Origin: Patescibacteria group bacterium
GTDB lineage: Bacteria > Patescibacteriota > Microgenomatia > PFEM01 > JAHIFH01
Direction: 5' to 3'
DNA length: 32,869 nucleotides
NCBI GenBank assembly: GCA_018900995.1
Contig: JAHIFH010000049.1
Coordinates: 1-32,869 of the forward strand
The position numbers were made by a program, and so were the translations under genes. Shown in pieces: positions 23,376-32,464 of the stretch (the first letter of the stretch is position 1; each line of letters opens with the position of its first letter). The notes under the pieces are model-generated. The model was not told the origin of the DNA, did no database searches, and saw only the letters and a list, made by a program, of their open reading frames with translations.

Positions 23376-25615
23376 ATTTCTATTTTACAGACTAACTTCA
23401 ACAAGATAAGACTTAGAAGAATGTAAGTTAAAATAATGGCCACGAATAATACCCCAACAGAAAGAGAGGCATATCTTATTCCTATAAAAACACCCGAAAA
23501 ATAATACAAGGGCACCAGCATAAAAAGGGGGTATGAAACAAATATCAACAATCTTTTCCCCACACTTACCAAATTCAATTGTTCGACAATAAAACCCAAA
23601 AGAAATGGAAGCGAAAACTGATAGGAAAGGGCATATTCGCCAATTGAATAATCAGGTAAAACAATTAGAAGAATAATAATAGGCCCGATCCCCAGCCAAA
23701 GAGATTGCCAATATTTCTTAAGATGCTTCCTTTTGAGCCGGAGAACTCCTGCTAGAAAAATCCCAGGCGTCAGAACAGAAACTATAGAAAATCTTAGAAA
23801 CAAGATGATCCACTGCCTTAAAAATCCAATCTCTTTGTCAATCCCCTTTAAGAGAATATTCGGAATAAAAATATTGATCAGGTTAATTAATCTATTTAAG
23901 AAAGAACTCAAACTAAAGGTCGATAGTCTTTCAACATAAATGTTTCTGCTCTGTGATAAATCTAAGCCTGATTTCTGCTTCATATAATTTGAAAAAAACG
24001 CCCAGCCACAAAAAAGAACAAAGGCGGGAAAAAAGGTGGCCACGGACTTAGTCAAAAACACCTTGGAAATTCTATCCCGTTTAAGATATATAAAAAACAA
24101 AACAGCCATGAAAATCAAAGCCATAGGGTGAATAAAAAAGGATAAAGCAACAAGCAGACCAATAATTAAACTATTAGGCTTCATTTTGGGACTGTTTTTC
24201 TCGCTAATCAATGCAAAAGCAAGGAACATTGGATACATAGCAAAGTACTTCAAATAAATTTCTACATTAAGCATATGATAAGTTAAATGAACGCTCAATA
24301 ACATTAAAACACTAACTATTTTGGCAGTGTGTTTAGAAAAAAATGATTTTACAACTAAATAAGCCGCCCCATAATAAAGAGCCATCAAGACATTTAAAAA
24401 TCTTTGATAAATAAAATGACTTTCTCCAAAAAGCTTTAAGATCGACACCGTGACCACGGACAAAAAAGGCGTTCTATCAAACACCGAGAAACCACTCTCT
24501 CCCAGTCGATAACTTTTTGCTTCCTCAGAGAAAACCGGGGCATGGTGTAAAAAACTCCTCGCAATACCCCAAGACCTGGTATTATCAATATGATATCCGT
24601 AGTATCCCCCTCTAATAGGGATAAATTTGAGTTGATCCAAATACTTCTCAATGTAGTCTAAATTAAACAAGAAGTCTCTCTCTGCTTGAAGCAAGTTAGC
24701 AATTAACAAAATCGAGGTAATAATAAAAAGAAAAAAGATACCCTTCTTCAACTCCTTATACAGCCCTAGACGCAAAAATAAAAACAAAGAAATAACAAAA
24801 ATTAGAACGTATATTTCTATAAACTGACCAATTTCAGTAAAAATATAAGCTAGGCTAAGAATCGCCAGAATTAAGATTGAAATAATGGGTGAAAAAGCAA
24901 TTTTATCCTCGACATGGCAATTTATTTTCAGGCGATTGTCTATCAAATGAAGCAAGACGTAACCCGGAATTAGTAGGATAAAATAAAAAATAAATGTATA
25001 GCCTAAATAGGAGAGAAAACCCTTGCGATGGTCATTAATAAAGTTAGCCACACCTTGGGGAAATGATGTGGGACTTTTAACATAAAATTTCAGATCACCA
25101 ATCCCTATAGAATTATCAAACGCAGCCTTATTTATAACTAACTTAAACGACTTGACGTCCTTATTTTTATCCATTCTAAGCGTGTAATGAGAAGCTCTGT
25201 TTCCTTGTACGCTATCTATCAATACCCAGTCATTTTTGTCGCCCTTAAAGTAGATATCAAAGTCTTCTGCTAAATAAGAAGAAACAGCATGCAGATCTCC
25301 AGGAAAAAAGAGAGAAAATCCATTTAAACTCACAGGCTGACTGAAAGGCAGCTCAATATTCGCAGGATTATCTTCTGAAGCTGCAACTCGGAGATAATCT
25401 CCAGAAATAGGAGATTCAAGCAATTTTTGATCGCCCACAAATAATGAAAAGGCGTCGTTATCTTCAATATATTCTGATAAAAAGGTATTAACAAAACCAT
25501 TTTTTATATTTTTAAAGTTAAAAAGAAAGAATAAAAAAAATATCAAAAATGTTAACCATAAATAGATCAAGTTTTTAGGTATTTTTGGAATAACGGAAAT
25601 CTTTCTTTTTTTCAT
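23372..25615 (-). CDS. Large polytopic membrane protein with an N-terminal extracytoplasmic beta-sandwich-like domain (candidate GT-C glycosyltransferase or glycan polymerase)
   Basis: 747-aa ORF. One N-terminal TM helix is followed by a soluble segment of about 150 aa (DFDIYFKGDKNDWVLIDSVQGNRASHYTLRM...SFKLVINKAAFDNSIGIGDLKFYV) resembling galactose-binding/discoidin-like domains, then about 14 hydrophobic segments. I recognise no catalytic motif. Confidence 0.45.
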   Translation of the reverse strand: MKKRKISVIPKIPKNLIYLWLTFLIFFLFFLFNFKNIKNGFVNTFLSEYIEDNDAFSLFVGDQKLLESPISGDYLRVAASEDNPANIELPFSQPVSLNGFSLFFPGDLHAVSSYLAEDFDIYFKGDKNDWVLIDSVQGNRASHYTLRMDKNKDVKSFKLVINKAAFDNSIGIGDLKFYVKSPTSFPQGVANFINDHRKGFLSYLGYTFIFYFILLIPGYVLLHLIDNRLKINCHVEDKIAFSPIISILILAILSLAYIFTEIGQFIEIYVLIFVISLFLFLRLGLYKELKKGIFFLFIITSILLIANLLQAERDFLFNLDYIEKYLDQLKFIPIRGGYYGYHIDNTRSWGIARSFLHHAPVFSEEAKSYRLGESGFSVFDRTPFLSVVTVSILKLFGESHFIYQRFLNVLMALYYGAAYLVVKSFFSKHTAKIVSVLMLLSVHLTYHMLNVEIYLKYFAMYPMFLAFALISEKNSPKMKPNSLIIGLLVALSFFIHPMALIFMAVLFFIYLKRDRISKVFLTKSVATFFPAFVLFCGWAFFSNYMKQKSGLDLSQSRNIYVERLSTFSLSSFLNRLINLINIFIPNILLKGIDKEIGFLRQWIILFLRFSIVSVLTPGIFLAGVLRLKRKHLKKYWQSLWLGIGPIIILLIVLPDYSIGEYALSYQFSLPFLLGFIVEQLNLVSVGKRLLIFVSYPLFMLVPLYYFSGVFIGIRYASLSVGVLFVAIILTYILLSLILLKLVCKIEI

Positions 25616-26538
25616 TTTTTACCAATAATCTTAACCATTGGCCAAAACAATCTGCTCGAATTCGCCAACCTTATAAATAAAGGCCGGAGTAACTTAGGCA
25701 CAGACTTAAAAACTAAACTCACCTCAAATTTATCAACCACTATCGTTCTAAATCCCGCTTTTTTATGAATTCTTTTTAGTGTCGACCCCAAAAATGACAT
25801 CTCATAACCAAATCTCATGTGCCTCGCTTTCAATAATTTCATATGAACAAACTCCGCCAATTGCTTTAAAATGGGCACATTGGGGACATTCCCCCAAATC
25901 TGACGATAAGTAAGACTGCCTATATTCAGGTAGGGAACGCTGTTGAATGAAACCCCGCCAGGCTTTAGAACACGATATAGCTCGTCCACACAAGCTTGAG
26001 TATCTTTAAAGTGTTCTATCACACCCCCACCATATAACAAATCAATACAATCACTCCTTAAAGGCATTTCTCGAACATCAGCTTGAATAAGAAAATAATT
26101 CTTAATACCTTTGTTTTTAAATAACTTATGAGCAGTGTTTAAGGCAACTTTGGAGAAATCAACGCCAATCACTAAATCACAATCCTTAGCAATATTTTGA
26201 CCAAAAAACATTGATCCGCAACCTATCTCTAGATAAACAACCTCTTTAATAGGTTTATATTCACTTATCTGTTTATAAATCTCATTAAAATGTCTTTGTA
26301 AATATTCATTCTCTTCATCCTCAAGTTTCTTCAAACAATTCCCACGGTAATAATTATCCCACTTTTCTCGCGAGAATTCATAATCACTAGCAAATGTCTC
26401 AGAATCTCTTAGTAAGCAGTGGCCAATAAGATTATATTTTTGCCCGCAGCCTTTACATATCAAAAAATTACCCTTCACTTGAAAAACACGCCTACATCGA
26501 GAACAGCAGAGATAAGACAAAATCTTTTGGTTGAACAC
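25612..26538 (-). CDS. Class I SAM-dependent methyltransferase with N-terminal zinc-ribbon (Trm112-like) module
   Basis: 308-aa ORF with CxxC...CxxC at the N-terminus (CCSRCRRVF...CKGCGQKY), then YLEIGCGSMFFG, IGVDFS, GGGVIEHF and LKPGGVSFNSVP. GTG start at 26538. Confidence 0.8.
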   Translation of the reverse strand: MFNQKILSYLCCSRCRRVFQVKGNFLICKGCGQKYNLIGHCLLRDSETFASDYEFSREKWDNYYRGNCLKKLEDEENEYLQRHFNEIYKQISEYKPIKEVVYLEIGCGSMFFGQNIAKDCDLVIGVDFSKVALNTAHKLFKNKGIKNYFLIQADVREMPLRSDCIDLLYGGGVIEHFKDTQACVDELYRVLKPGGVSFNSVPYLNIGSLTYRQIWGNVPNVPILKQLAEFVHMKLLKARHMRFGYEMSFLGSTLKRIHKKAGFRTIVVDKFEVSLVFKSVPKLLRPLFIRLANSSRLFWPMVKIIGKK

Positions 26539-26556
26539 TTCCGCTAAACTGATCTT

Positions 26557-27741
26557 TTACCTTATATTTGACCAAGTTTTCATCAAGGCCTCTTGAAAAA
26601 CATTATCCCAAGTATAATTAGCCACCAGTTTAATTGCATTCACTCGTGTCTTCTGATAAAGCCGATCATCAGTCAACAAACGAATAATAGCTTCAGCGAT
26701 TGCCTTTTTATCATAATCAACCAACAAACCAGCCTTTTTCTTTTGAATTTCATAAGCAATCTGAGGTACAGGCGTAATGACCACTGGCAAGCCACAGGCC
26801 AAATAAACCTTAACTTTGCCGACATCAGAATAAAAGCTATAACTGTCTGAGTCGGGGACATAAGGAGCTACAGCCACAGCGCCTTTGGCCATGATCCTTT
26901 CTAATTCAGCATGGCTTTCAATATAGCCAGTAAAGAAGACTCTCCCGGATAACCCCAGCTCCTTAACTCTTTTCTCTAAACGTTTCCTTAAAACCCCGCC
27001 GCCAATGATCACCAGCCTTGCTTTTTTCACCTTTCGGCAAACCTCAACAAAAGCCTCAATTAATATCATTATTCCCTTATTCTCCAAGAGATGGCCCATA
27101 AAAATCACTCTAAAACGGTCGATTTTTTCAATCGGAGGTCTTTCAATTTGTTCAAAATGGCTCCCATCAGGAACAGTAATTTGTTTTGCTGCCTTTTCAG
27201 TCCTGACCCCCATTTTTTCTCTTTCGGCCACCATAAGCTCCGAGCTATTCCAAATAAGATCAGCCCGATAACAACAAATTTTATCAACTAAATGGTAAAT
27301 CGAGTTTAAAAGACTATTTTCAAACCGTCTGGGAGTATAATCCACCGTAGAGTAAATAACTTTTTTAACTATTCCCAATCTTCGTAAAACAAGAGCACTG
27401 AATGTATTGAGGTTGTCAGCAGCCATGCAAAAATCAAATCTTTTCCCCAATCTTAAAGTAAAAAAGACAGTAAAAAAGAAATCCTTGAAATAATAAAAGA
27501 TGTCTGGGCCGCCAATTCTTGGCGCCACAAGCCTTTTGACAATTTTGCCTTTTTGGTATAGCGTCGCTGAGGAATGCTTTTCCTCAGCATAAAAAAAGGG
27601 GTGATTAATAAAAGCTAGAAGAGAAACTTTGTCTTTAAGGAAAGCAACGAATTCTTGAGCCGGACCGGCGTCAAAGGGAGAATGGGTAATAATCAAAAAC
27701 CGGCTTTTTTCAAGCCAAGTTAGTCTATCTTTTATTATCAT
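26557..27741 (-). CDS. GT-B fold glycosyltransferase (family 4/1-like)
   Basis: 394-aa ORF with RVIFMGHLLENKGIMILIEAF, LVIIGGG, FTGYI and KVKVYLACGLPVVITP. This layout is typical of Glycos_transf_1 domains. Confidence 0.75.
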   Translation of the reverse strand: MIIKDRLTWLEKSRFLIITHSPFDAGPAQEFVAFLKDKVSLLAFINHPFFYAEEKHSSATLYQKGKIVKRLVAPRIGGPDIFYYFKDFFFTVFFTLRLGKRFDFCMAADNLNTFSALVLRRLGIVKKVIYSTVDYTPRRFENSLLNSIYHLVDKICCYRADLIWNSSELMVAEREKMGVRTEKAAKQITVPDGSHFEQIERPPIEKIDRFRVIFMGHLLENKGIMILIEAFVEVCRKVKKARLVIIGGGVLRKRLEKRVKELGLSGRVFFTGYIESHAELERIMAKGAVAVAPYVPDSDSYSFYSDVGKVKVYLACGLPVVITPVPQIAYEIQKKKAGLLVDYDKKAIAEAIIRLLTDDRLYQKTRVNAIKLVANYTWDNVFQEALMKTWSNIR

Positions 27742-28348
27742 CTTTTTCTTGGGCAGGAGAATTTTTTAAAGATTTAACCACTCTAGCAGGATTACCAGCC
27801 ACAATTGAGTGGGGCGGCACATCATGAGTCACTACCGCTCCCGCGGCTACAATCGCCCCATTACCAATCTTTACTCCTTTATAAATCATCACCCTTCTCC
27901 CAATCCAAACATCATTGCCAATTTTTATAGGCTTATAGACAATTTCTCTTCCAATCTCTCGTCGCCACTTCAACGTTTCTCGCCTTCTTTTGAGATAATC
28001 CGTCGAGTGACTATTATGATCTTCAATATAAACATCCGAGGCAATATTACAATATTTACCAATTTCAATATTGCCTGCCGCCTTAATCACTGTCCGAGGA
28101 TGAACTAAAGTATAATCGCCAATCTTAATTTTCCCTTTTTTGATCGCTATCAACCAGCCTTTCATAAGAACATTATTGCCTATTCTGATATTTCTCTTGA
28201 TGCCTGTTTCGTTAATAATTCCCCCACCCAAGAAAAAATGGACATTTTTGCCATAAAACGAATTTCTCTTGGCGTTTAGGTGCTTAACCAAAAAACCTCC
28301 CAAATCAAACATTAAAAAGTGATATAAACTATAAAGATTAAGTTTCAT
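27725..28348 (-). CDS. Hexapeptide-repeat (LbH) sugar acetyltransferase
   Basis: 207-aa ORF with left-handed beta-helix repeats IGNDVWIGRRVMIYKGVKIGNGAIVAAGAVVTHDVPPHSIVAGNPARVV. Confidence 0.85.
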   Translation of the reverse strand: MKLNLYSLYHFLMFDLGGFLVKHLNAKRNSFYGKNVHFFLGGGIINETGIKRNIRIGNNVLMKGWLIAIKKGKIKIGDYTLVHPRTVIKAAGNIEIGKYCNIASDVYIEDHNSHSTDYLKRRRETLKWRREIGREIVYKPIKIGNDVWIGRRVMIYKGVKIGNGAIVAAGAVVTHDVPPHSIVAGNPARVVKSLKNSPAQEKDDNKR

Positions 28349-29271
28349 TTAGTGAGAATAGTCGTCCTATACCAATTAATTGTTTTTCGCAAACCTCTTT
28401 CCAGAGAATACCTTGGTCTAAACCCCAGCTTCCTTGCTTTGGTAATATCCACAACTCTTCTAGACTGCCCTTTTGGCCTGGAAGTGCCATAGGTAAGTTC
28501 TCCCTTAAAGCCAGTCAATCTGACAATTTTCTCTACTAAATCCTTAATAGTTATTTCGATTCCAGAGGCAAGATTGACTGGTTGGGGAGTGTCAAGTCTT
28601 TCTGCTACCAAAACTATCCCTTCAACCAAGTCCCCGACATAAATAAAATCTCTTCTAGGCGAACCGTCGCCCCAAACAACTAATTTCTTCTTTTCAAAAC
28701 ACTTCCGAATAAGAGCAGGAATAACATGAGAGGTTCCTGGATCAAAATTATCCCTCGGACCATAGGTGTTGTTGGCAATTATTACATTAATATCCATCCC
28801 AAACTCCTGATGGTAGGCTTCTGCTAAAATGGCCATTGTTCTCTTCGCCCAACCAAAACCAAAGTGGGACTCTTCAGGAGGACCATTAAATAAATTTTCT
28901 TCTTTAAGAGGCATTGGCGAGTTTTTAGGATAGGCGGGTGAACAGCTCAATAAGACTATCTTTTCCACCCCGTTCCTTCTAGAGGCCTCTATTAGATTTA
29001 AATCCATCATCAAGCAATTGTAGGCCTGAGTAGCTGGATGAGATTGACTATAGGCAACGCCGCCAATATCCGCTGCTAAGTGGAAAACCAAATCAACGCC
29101 TTGACTTAATTTCAGACAATTCTTCAAAACCCTCAAGTCATCCTTTCGGCGATCAGGAATAATGATTTTTTCCTTCCTAACCCCCTTAGCTACCAAAGCA
29201 TCAACTAAATGAGAGCCAACAAAACCCTTTCCGCCGGTCACTAAAATTTTTTTATCTTGAAAAAAGTTCAT
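28345..29271 (-). CDS. fcl: GDP-L-fucose synthase-like (GDP-4-keto-6-deoxymannose 3,5-epimerase/4-reductase family)
   Basis: Motifs ILVTGGKGFVGSHL, NTYGPRDNFDPGTSHVIPALIRK and VWGDGSPRRDFIYVGDL closely parallel blocks I recall from E. coli Fcl ([40 protein letters not shown]). The start at ATG 29271 is preceded by AGGAGGAAA. The ORF track extends to 29307. Confidence 0.7.
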   Translation of the reverse strand: MNFFQDKKILVTGGKGFVGSHLVDALVAKGVRKEKIIIPDRRKDDLRVLKNCLKLSQGVDLVFHLAADIGGVAYSQSHPATQAYNCLMMDLNLIEASRRNGVEKIVLLSCSPAYPKNSPMPLKEENLFNGPPEESHFGFGWAKRTMAILAEAYHQEFGMDINVIIANNTYGPRDNFDPGTSHVIPALIRKCFEKKKLVVWGDGSPRRDFIYVGDLVEGIVLVAERLDTPQPVNLASGIEITIKDLVEKIVRLTGFKGELTYGTSRPKGQSRRVVDITKARKLGFRPRYSLERGLRKTINWYRTTILTK

Positions 29272-29279
29272 TTTCCTCC

Positions 29280-30362
29280 TCACCTCCAATCCACTTTCCC
29301 TATCCAATCATCCCGGTTTTCTGCATACCACTGGATCGTCTCTTTCAAACCCTCTTCCCAAGAATACCTTGGCTTCCAACTAGTCAACCTTCTTAATCTT
29401 GAATAATCAACCCGAAGCTCTTCAACTTCGCTCCTACCCAACCTTCCCCGCCATTTTTCATAAACAACTTTTTTCTCTCCCCAATAGCCCATCTCCCGCC
29501 CTAATTTTAGAATCAAATCAAGCCAGTCTTTCATCATTATGGTTTTACCCGAGCCAAAACAGTAAACCTCCCCTGGTCGGCCAAATAAATTAACATGAAT
29601 ATGGCCCATTACCCCATCTTTGACATAAGTAAAATCTCTTTTGGCCCCCAAGTAACCAAGCTTAATAAGCTTCCTTTCCAAAGCCTGAGTAATAATCACG
29701 CCAGTAATAAACCGGGGATTTTGCCGCGGGCCATAATTATTAAACTTCCGCGCCACTCCCGTTGGGATCCCATAAGCGCGGTGGTAATTCCGAAATAAAA
29801 AATCACCGGCCACCTTGGAGGTGGCGTAAATGCTTTGAGGATTGAGCGGAGTAAATTCATCCAAAATTAAACCCCCACTCTTATCAAAACGATAAAGTTT
29901 CTTCAAATGAGGATCAACATTACCATATTCTTCTGAACTACCAGCAAAACTAATTTTTCTCACCTTTAATTTAATATCACAGATCGTCTGGAGAACATTT
30001 AAAGTGCCTATCGCGTTTGAGCTAAGAGTTTCATAGGGTCGCCACCAAGATTCGCCTACATGAGCCTGGGCAGCTAGATGGAAAATTACTGGTTTTGAGG
30101 AACCTTCTTTCTTAATTTTCATCAACACCCTTCTCACCGCTTCTTTATCAGCGATATCGGCCCGGTGAATGGTAATTTTTTTTTGGATATGGGCTAAATT
30201 ATGATAGACCCCCGAAGAAGATGGTCTGAGCAATACATGAACATCAGCACCAAACTCAACCAGTTTGTCAGTTAAATGTGAGCCAACAAAGCCATTAGCC
30301 CCGGTCACCAGAACTGTTCTTCCTTTTAAAATTCTTTTAATATCCTTATCTGTTCTTTTCAT
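29280..30362 (-). CDS. NDP-sugar 4,6-dehydratase family extended SDR (GDP-mannose 4,6-dehydratase / Rmd-like)
   Basis: 360-aa ORF with VLVTGANGFVGSHL, HLAAQAHVGESW, GSSEEYG, YATSKVAGDFL and FNNYGPRQNPRFITG. Confidence 0.65.
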   Translation of the reverse strand: MKRTDKDIKRILKGRTVLVTGANGFVGSHLTDKLVEFGADVHVLLRPSSSGVYHNLAHIQKKITIHRADIADKEAVRRVLMKIKKEGSSKPVIFHLAAQAHVGESWWRPYETLSSNAIGTLNVLQTICDIKLKVRKISFAGSSEEYGNVDPHLKKLYRFDKSGGLILDEFTPLNPQSIYATSKVAGDFLFRNYHRAYGIPTGVARKFNNYGPRQNPRFITGVIITQALERKLIKLGYLGAKRDFTYVKDGVMGHIHVNLFGRPGEVYCFGSGKTIMMKDWLDLILKLGREMGYWGEKKVVYEKWRGRLGRSEVEELRVDYSRLRRLTSWKPRYSWEEGLKETIQWYAENRDDWIGKVDWR

Positions 30363-31444
30363 TTTTTCTTTTTGAAAAAATTTTTAATTTCTTTACACAC
30401 TCTTTTGATATCTCTCTTGGTTAAAAACAGGGAGGAGGGAAGCCAGAGTCCGTGCTTTGAAGCCCAAGTTGAAACCGGAAATCCCCCCCTACCTCTATAA
30501 GGCTTTAAAGAGTGAATTGCAGGGTAAAACTCACGCGTTCCAATCTGCTTGCTATTTAGATATTCTTTAAGCATTTTCGGGTTATCAACAAAAATATCTA
30601 CAAACCACGGTGTAGTCTGAGTTAAATCGGTTGGCAACATCTTAATTTCCTCAACATCCCTAAGCTCTTCTTGATAAATCCGGTACATCTTTCTCTTCCA
30701 TTTAATTCTCTTTTCAAGCTTTTTCATCTGAGCGATTCCTACAGCTGCTTGGATATCAGAAAACTTAAAGTTCCAGCCAATAGTATCGTGTTTTTGAGTC
30801 TTGCGATCAATTCGGCCGAAATCTTTGATCCGATACATCTTATCTCTTAATCTTTTACTATCTGTAACTACAACCCCTCCTTGTCCGGTAGTAATAATCT
30901 TAGGGGTAGAGAATGAAAAGCTTCCAATTTCTCCAAAGGTTCCCAGGTGTTTCCCTTTATAATACGATCCCAAAGCTTGAGCAGAATCTTCAACAATAAA
31001 AAGATTATATTCTCTAGAGATCCTTTCAATTCCATCCATATCTGGAGGCCGTGCATTCATCGCTACCGGCATAATTGCCTTTGTTTTTTTAGAAATTTTT
31101 TTCATAACTTCTTCTAAATCAAGACAAAGATTATCTCTTTTAATATCTACTAAAATTGGGGTGGCCCCCGCAAGAAGAACTGCATTTGGAGTAGCCACCA
31201 TAGTCATATCTGGGATAATCACTTCATCGTCTCTTCCTATCCCTAATGCCATTAAAGCAATCGTTAGACTTACCGTTCCATTATTTGCTGCCAACCCATA
31301 ACGGCTCCCCACAAAGTCGGCTACCATCTTTTCAAATTTATAAGTCCTTTCTGCTTCAGTAATCCAACCCGAGTCGATACAAGCGATCAGTTCTCGCTTT
31401 TCTTCTTCGCCCACCCAAGGCTCCATCTGATTAATTCTTTTCAT
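30359..31444 (-). CDS. DegT/DnrJ/EryC1/StrS-family PLP-dependent sugar aminotransferase
   Basis: 361-aa ORF with NNGTVSLTIALMALGI, VEDSAQALGS and FSFSTPKIITTGQGGVVV (PLP lysine context). AGGAG lies 7 nt upstream of the ATG. Confidence 0.9.
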   Translation of the reverse strand: MKRINQMEPWVGEEEKRELIACIDSGWITEAERTYKFEKMVADFVGSRYGLAANNGTVSLTIALMALGIGRDDEVIIPDMTMVATPNAVLLAGATPILVDIKRDNLCLDLEEVMKKISKKTKAIMPVAMNARPPDMDGIERISREYNLFIVEDSAQALGSYYKGKHLGTFGEIGSFSFSTPKIITTGQGGVVVTDSKRLRDKMYRIKDFGRIDRKTQKHDTIGWNFKFSDIQAAVGIAQMKKLEKRIKWKRKMYRIYQEELRDVEEIKMLPTDLTQTTPWFVDIFVDNPKMLKEYLNSKQIGTREFYPAIHSLKPYRGRGGFPVSTWASKHGLWLPSSLFLTKRDIKRVCKEIKNFFKKKK

Positions 31445-31446
31445 CT

Positions 31447-32451
31447 CTATCTCCTTTTAAAGACCTTCATCATGCTCGGATTATACCAAATTTCATATTT
31501 TGGATCATAGGGATCAGTAAATATCTTCTTCTCTAAAGCATCTTTTATTTCTAGAAATCCTTCTTCGACTGTCTTCTTGGGTTTAAAACCTAAAACTTTT
31601 TTAATCTTGGTAAAATCAACCCGATAGTCACGAAGGTCTTTTTTCTCCTCGATGGTCTCAACTTTGACATCGGGGATGTATTTTTTGACTAACTTAAGCA
31701 ATTGCCTTTTTTGGTAATTTTGGGTCCCGACGTTAAACACTTCTCCCGAAATTTTATCTAAAGGTGCTTTCAGGCAAGTAAGATAAACATCAGCCGCGTC
31801 TTGGACATGAGTAAATGCCCGCCAGCATTGAGGACCATAAACTAACACTCTATTTTTCAATACCGCTTCTCGAGCAAAATCATTAACAATCAAATTAAAT
31901 CTCATTTTGGGGGAAAGTCCAAATTTCATTGCCAAACGAAGAATACAAGGATGAAAATTTGCTGTTTTTGTTTTTTGGAGATATTTTTCACAGGCAACCT
32001 TCGTTTCAGCATATAAAGAGGTGATATCCAATGGGGTATCTTCTTGGGCTAATCCAGCTCGATGAATCCCATAATTACTACAAGTTGAGGCAAAAATAAA
32101 TCGCTCGATTCTCTTCTTTCGACAAGCATCAGCAAGCATCCTAGTAACTTCGTAATTTATCGCTTGGGTTACCTTTGGTTGAAAATTACAAGCTTCCTGG
32201 CCTACTAAAGCTGCCAAATGAACCACTGCGTGAATCCCCTCAAGAGATTTCTCAACTAGTCTTTTCTCTCTCAAATCACCCTTAATAAAGTCAAAGTTCT
32301 TTTTCCCCCAAACTCCAAGCAGACTCTCGCCACCAAACATTAAGAAGTCAACTACGCGAACCTTAAACCCCTCATTCAGAAGCCTAGGAACCAAAATAGA
32401 ACCTACGTAACCAGCTCCACCAGTTACAAGAATTTTTTCGTTCTTGGACAT
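31447..32451 (-). CDS. NAD-dependent epimerase/dehydratase family protein (extended SDR)
   Basis: 334-aa ORF with ILVTGGAGYVGSIL, VVHLAALVG and YAETKVACEKYL (YxxxK). AGGAG precedes the ATG. Confidence 0.8.
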   Translation of the reverse strand: MSKNEKILVTGGAGYVGSILVPRLLNEGFKVRVVDFLMFGGESLLGVWGKKNFDFIKGDLREKRLVEKSLEGIHAVVHLAALVGQEACNFQPKVTQAINYEVTRMLADACRKKRIERFIFASTCSNYGIHRAGLAQEDTPLDITSLYAETKVACEKYLQKTKTANFHPCILRLAMKFGLSPKMRFNLIVNDFAREAVLKNRVLVYGPQCWRAFTHVQDAADVYLTCLKAPLDKISGEVFNVGTQNYQKRQLLKLVKKYIPDVKVETIEEKKDLRDYRVDFTKIKKVLGFKPKKTVEEGFLEIKDALEKKIFTDPYDPKYEIWYNPSMMKVFKRR

Positions 32452-32464
32452 AGCCTTCTCCTGA

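Noticed and set aside
19143-32451. An aminoglycoside-like biosynthetic cluster (DegT aminotransferase, rSAM, SDRs, GTs).
   Set aside because: I see no 2-deoxy-scyllo-inosose synthase or inositol-phosphate synthase-like gene and no resistance or export genes. Flippases and GT-C enzymes point to an envelope glycan instead.
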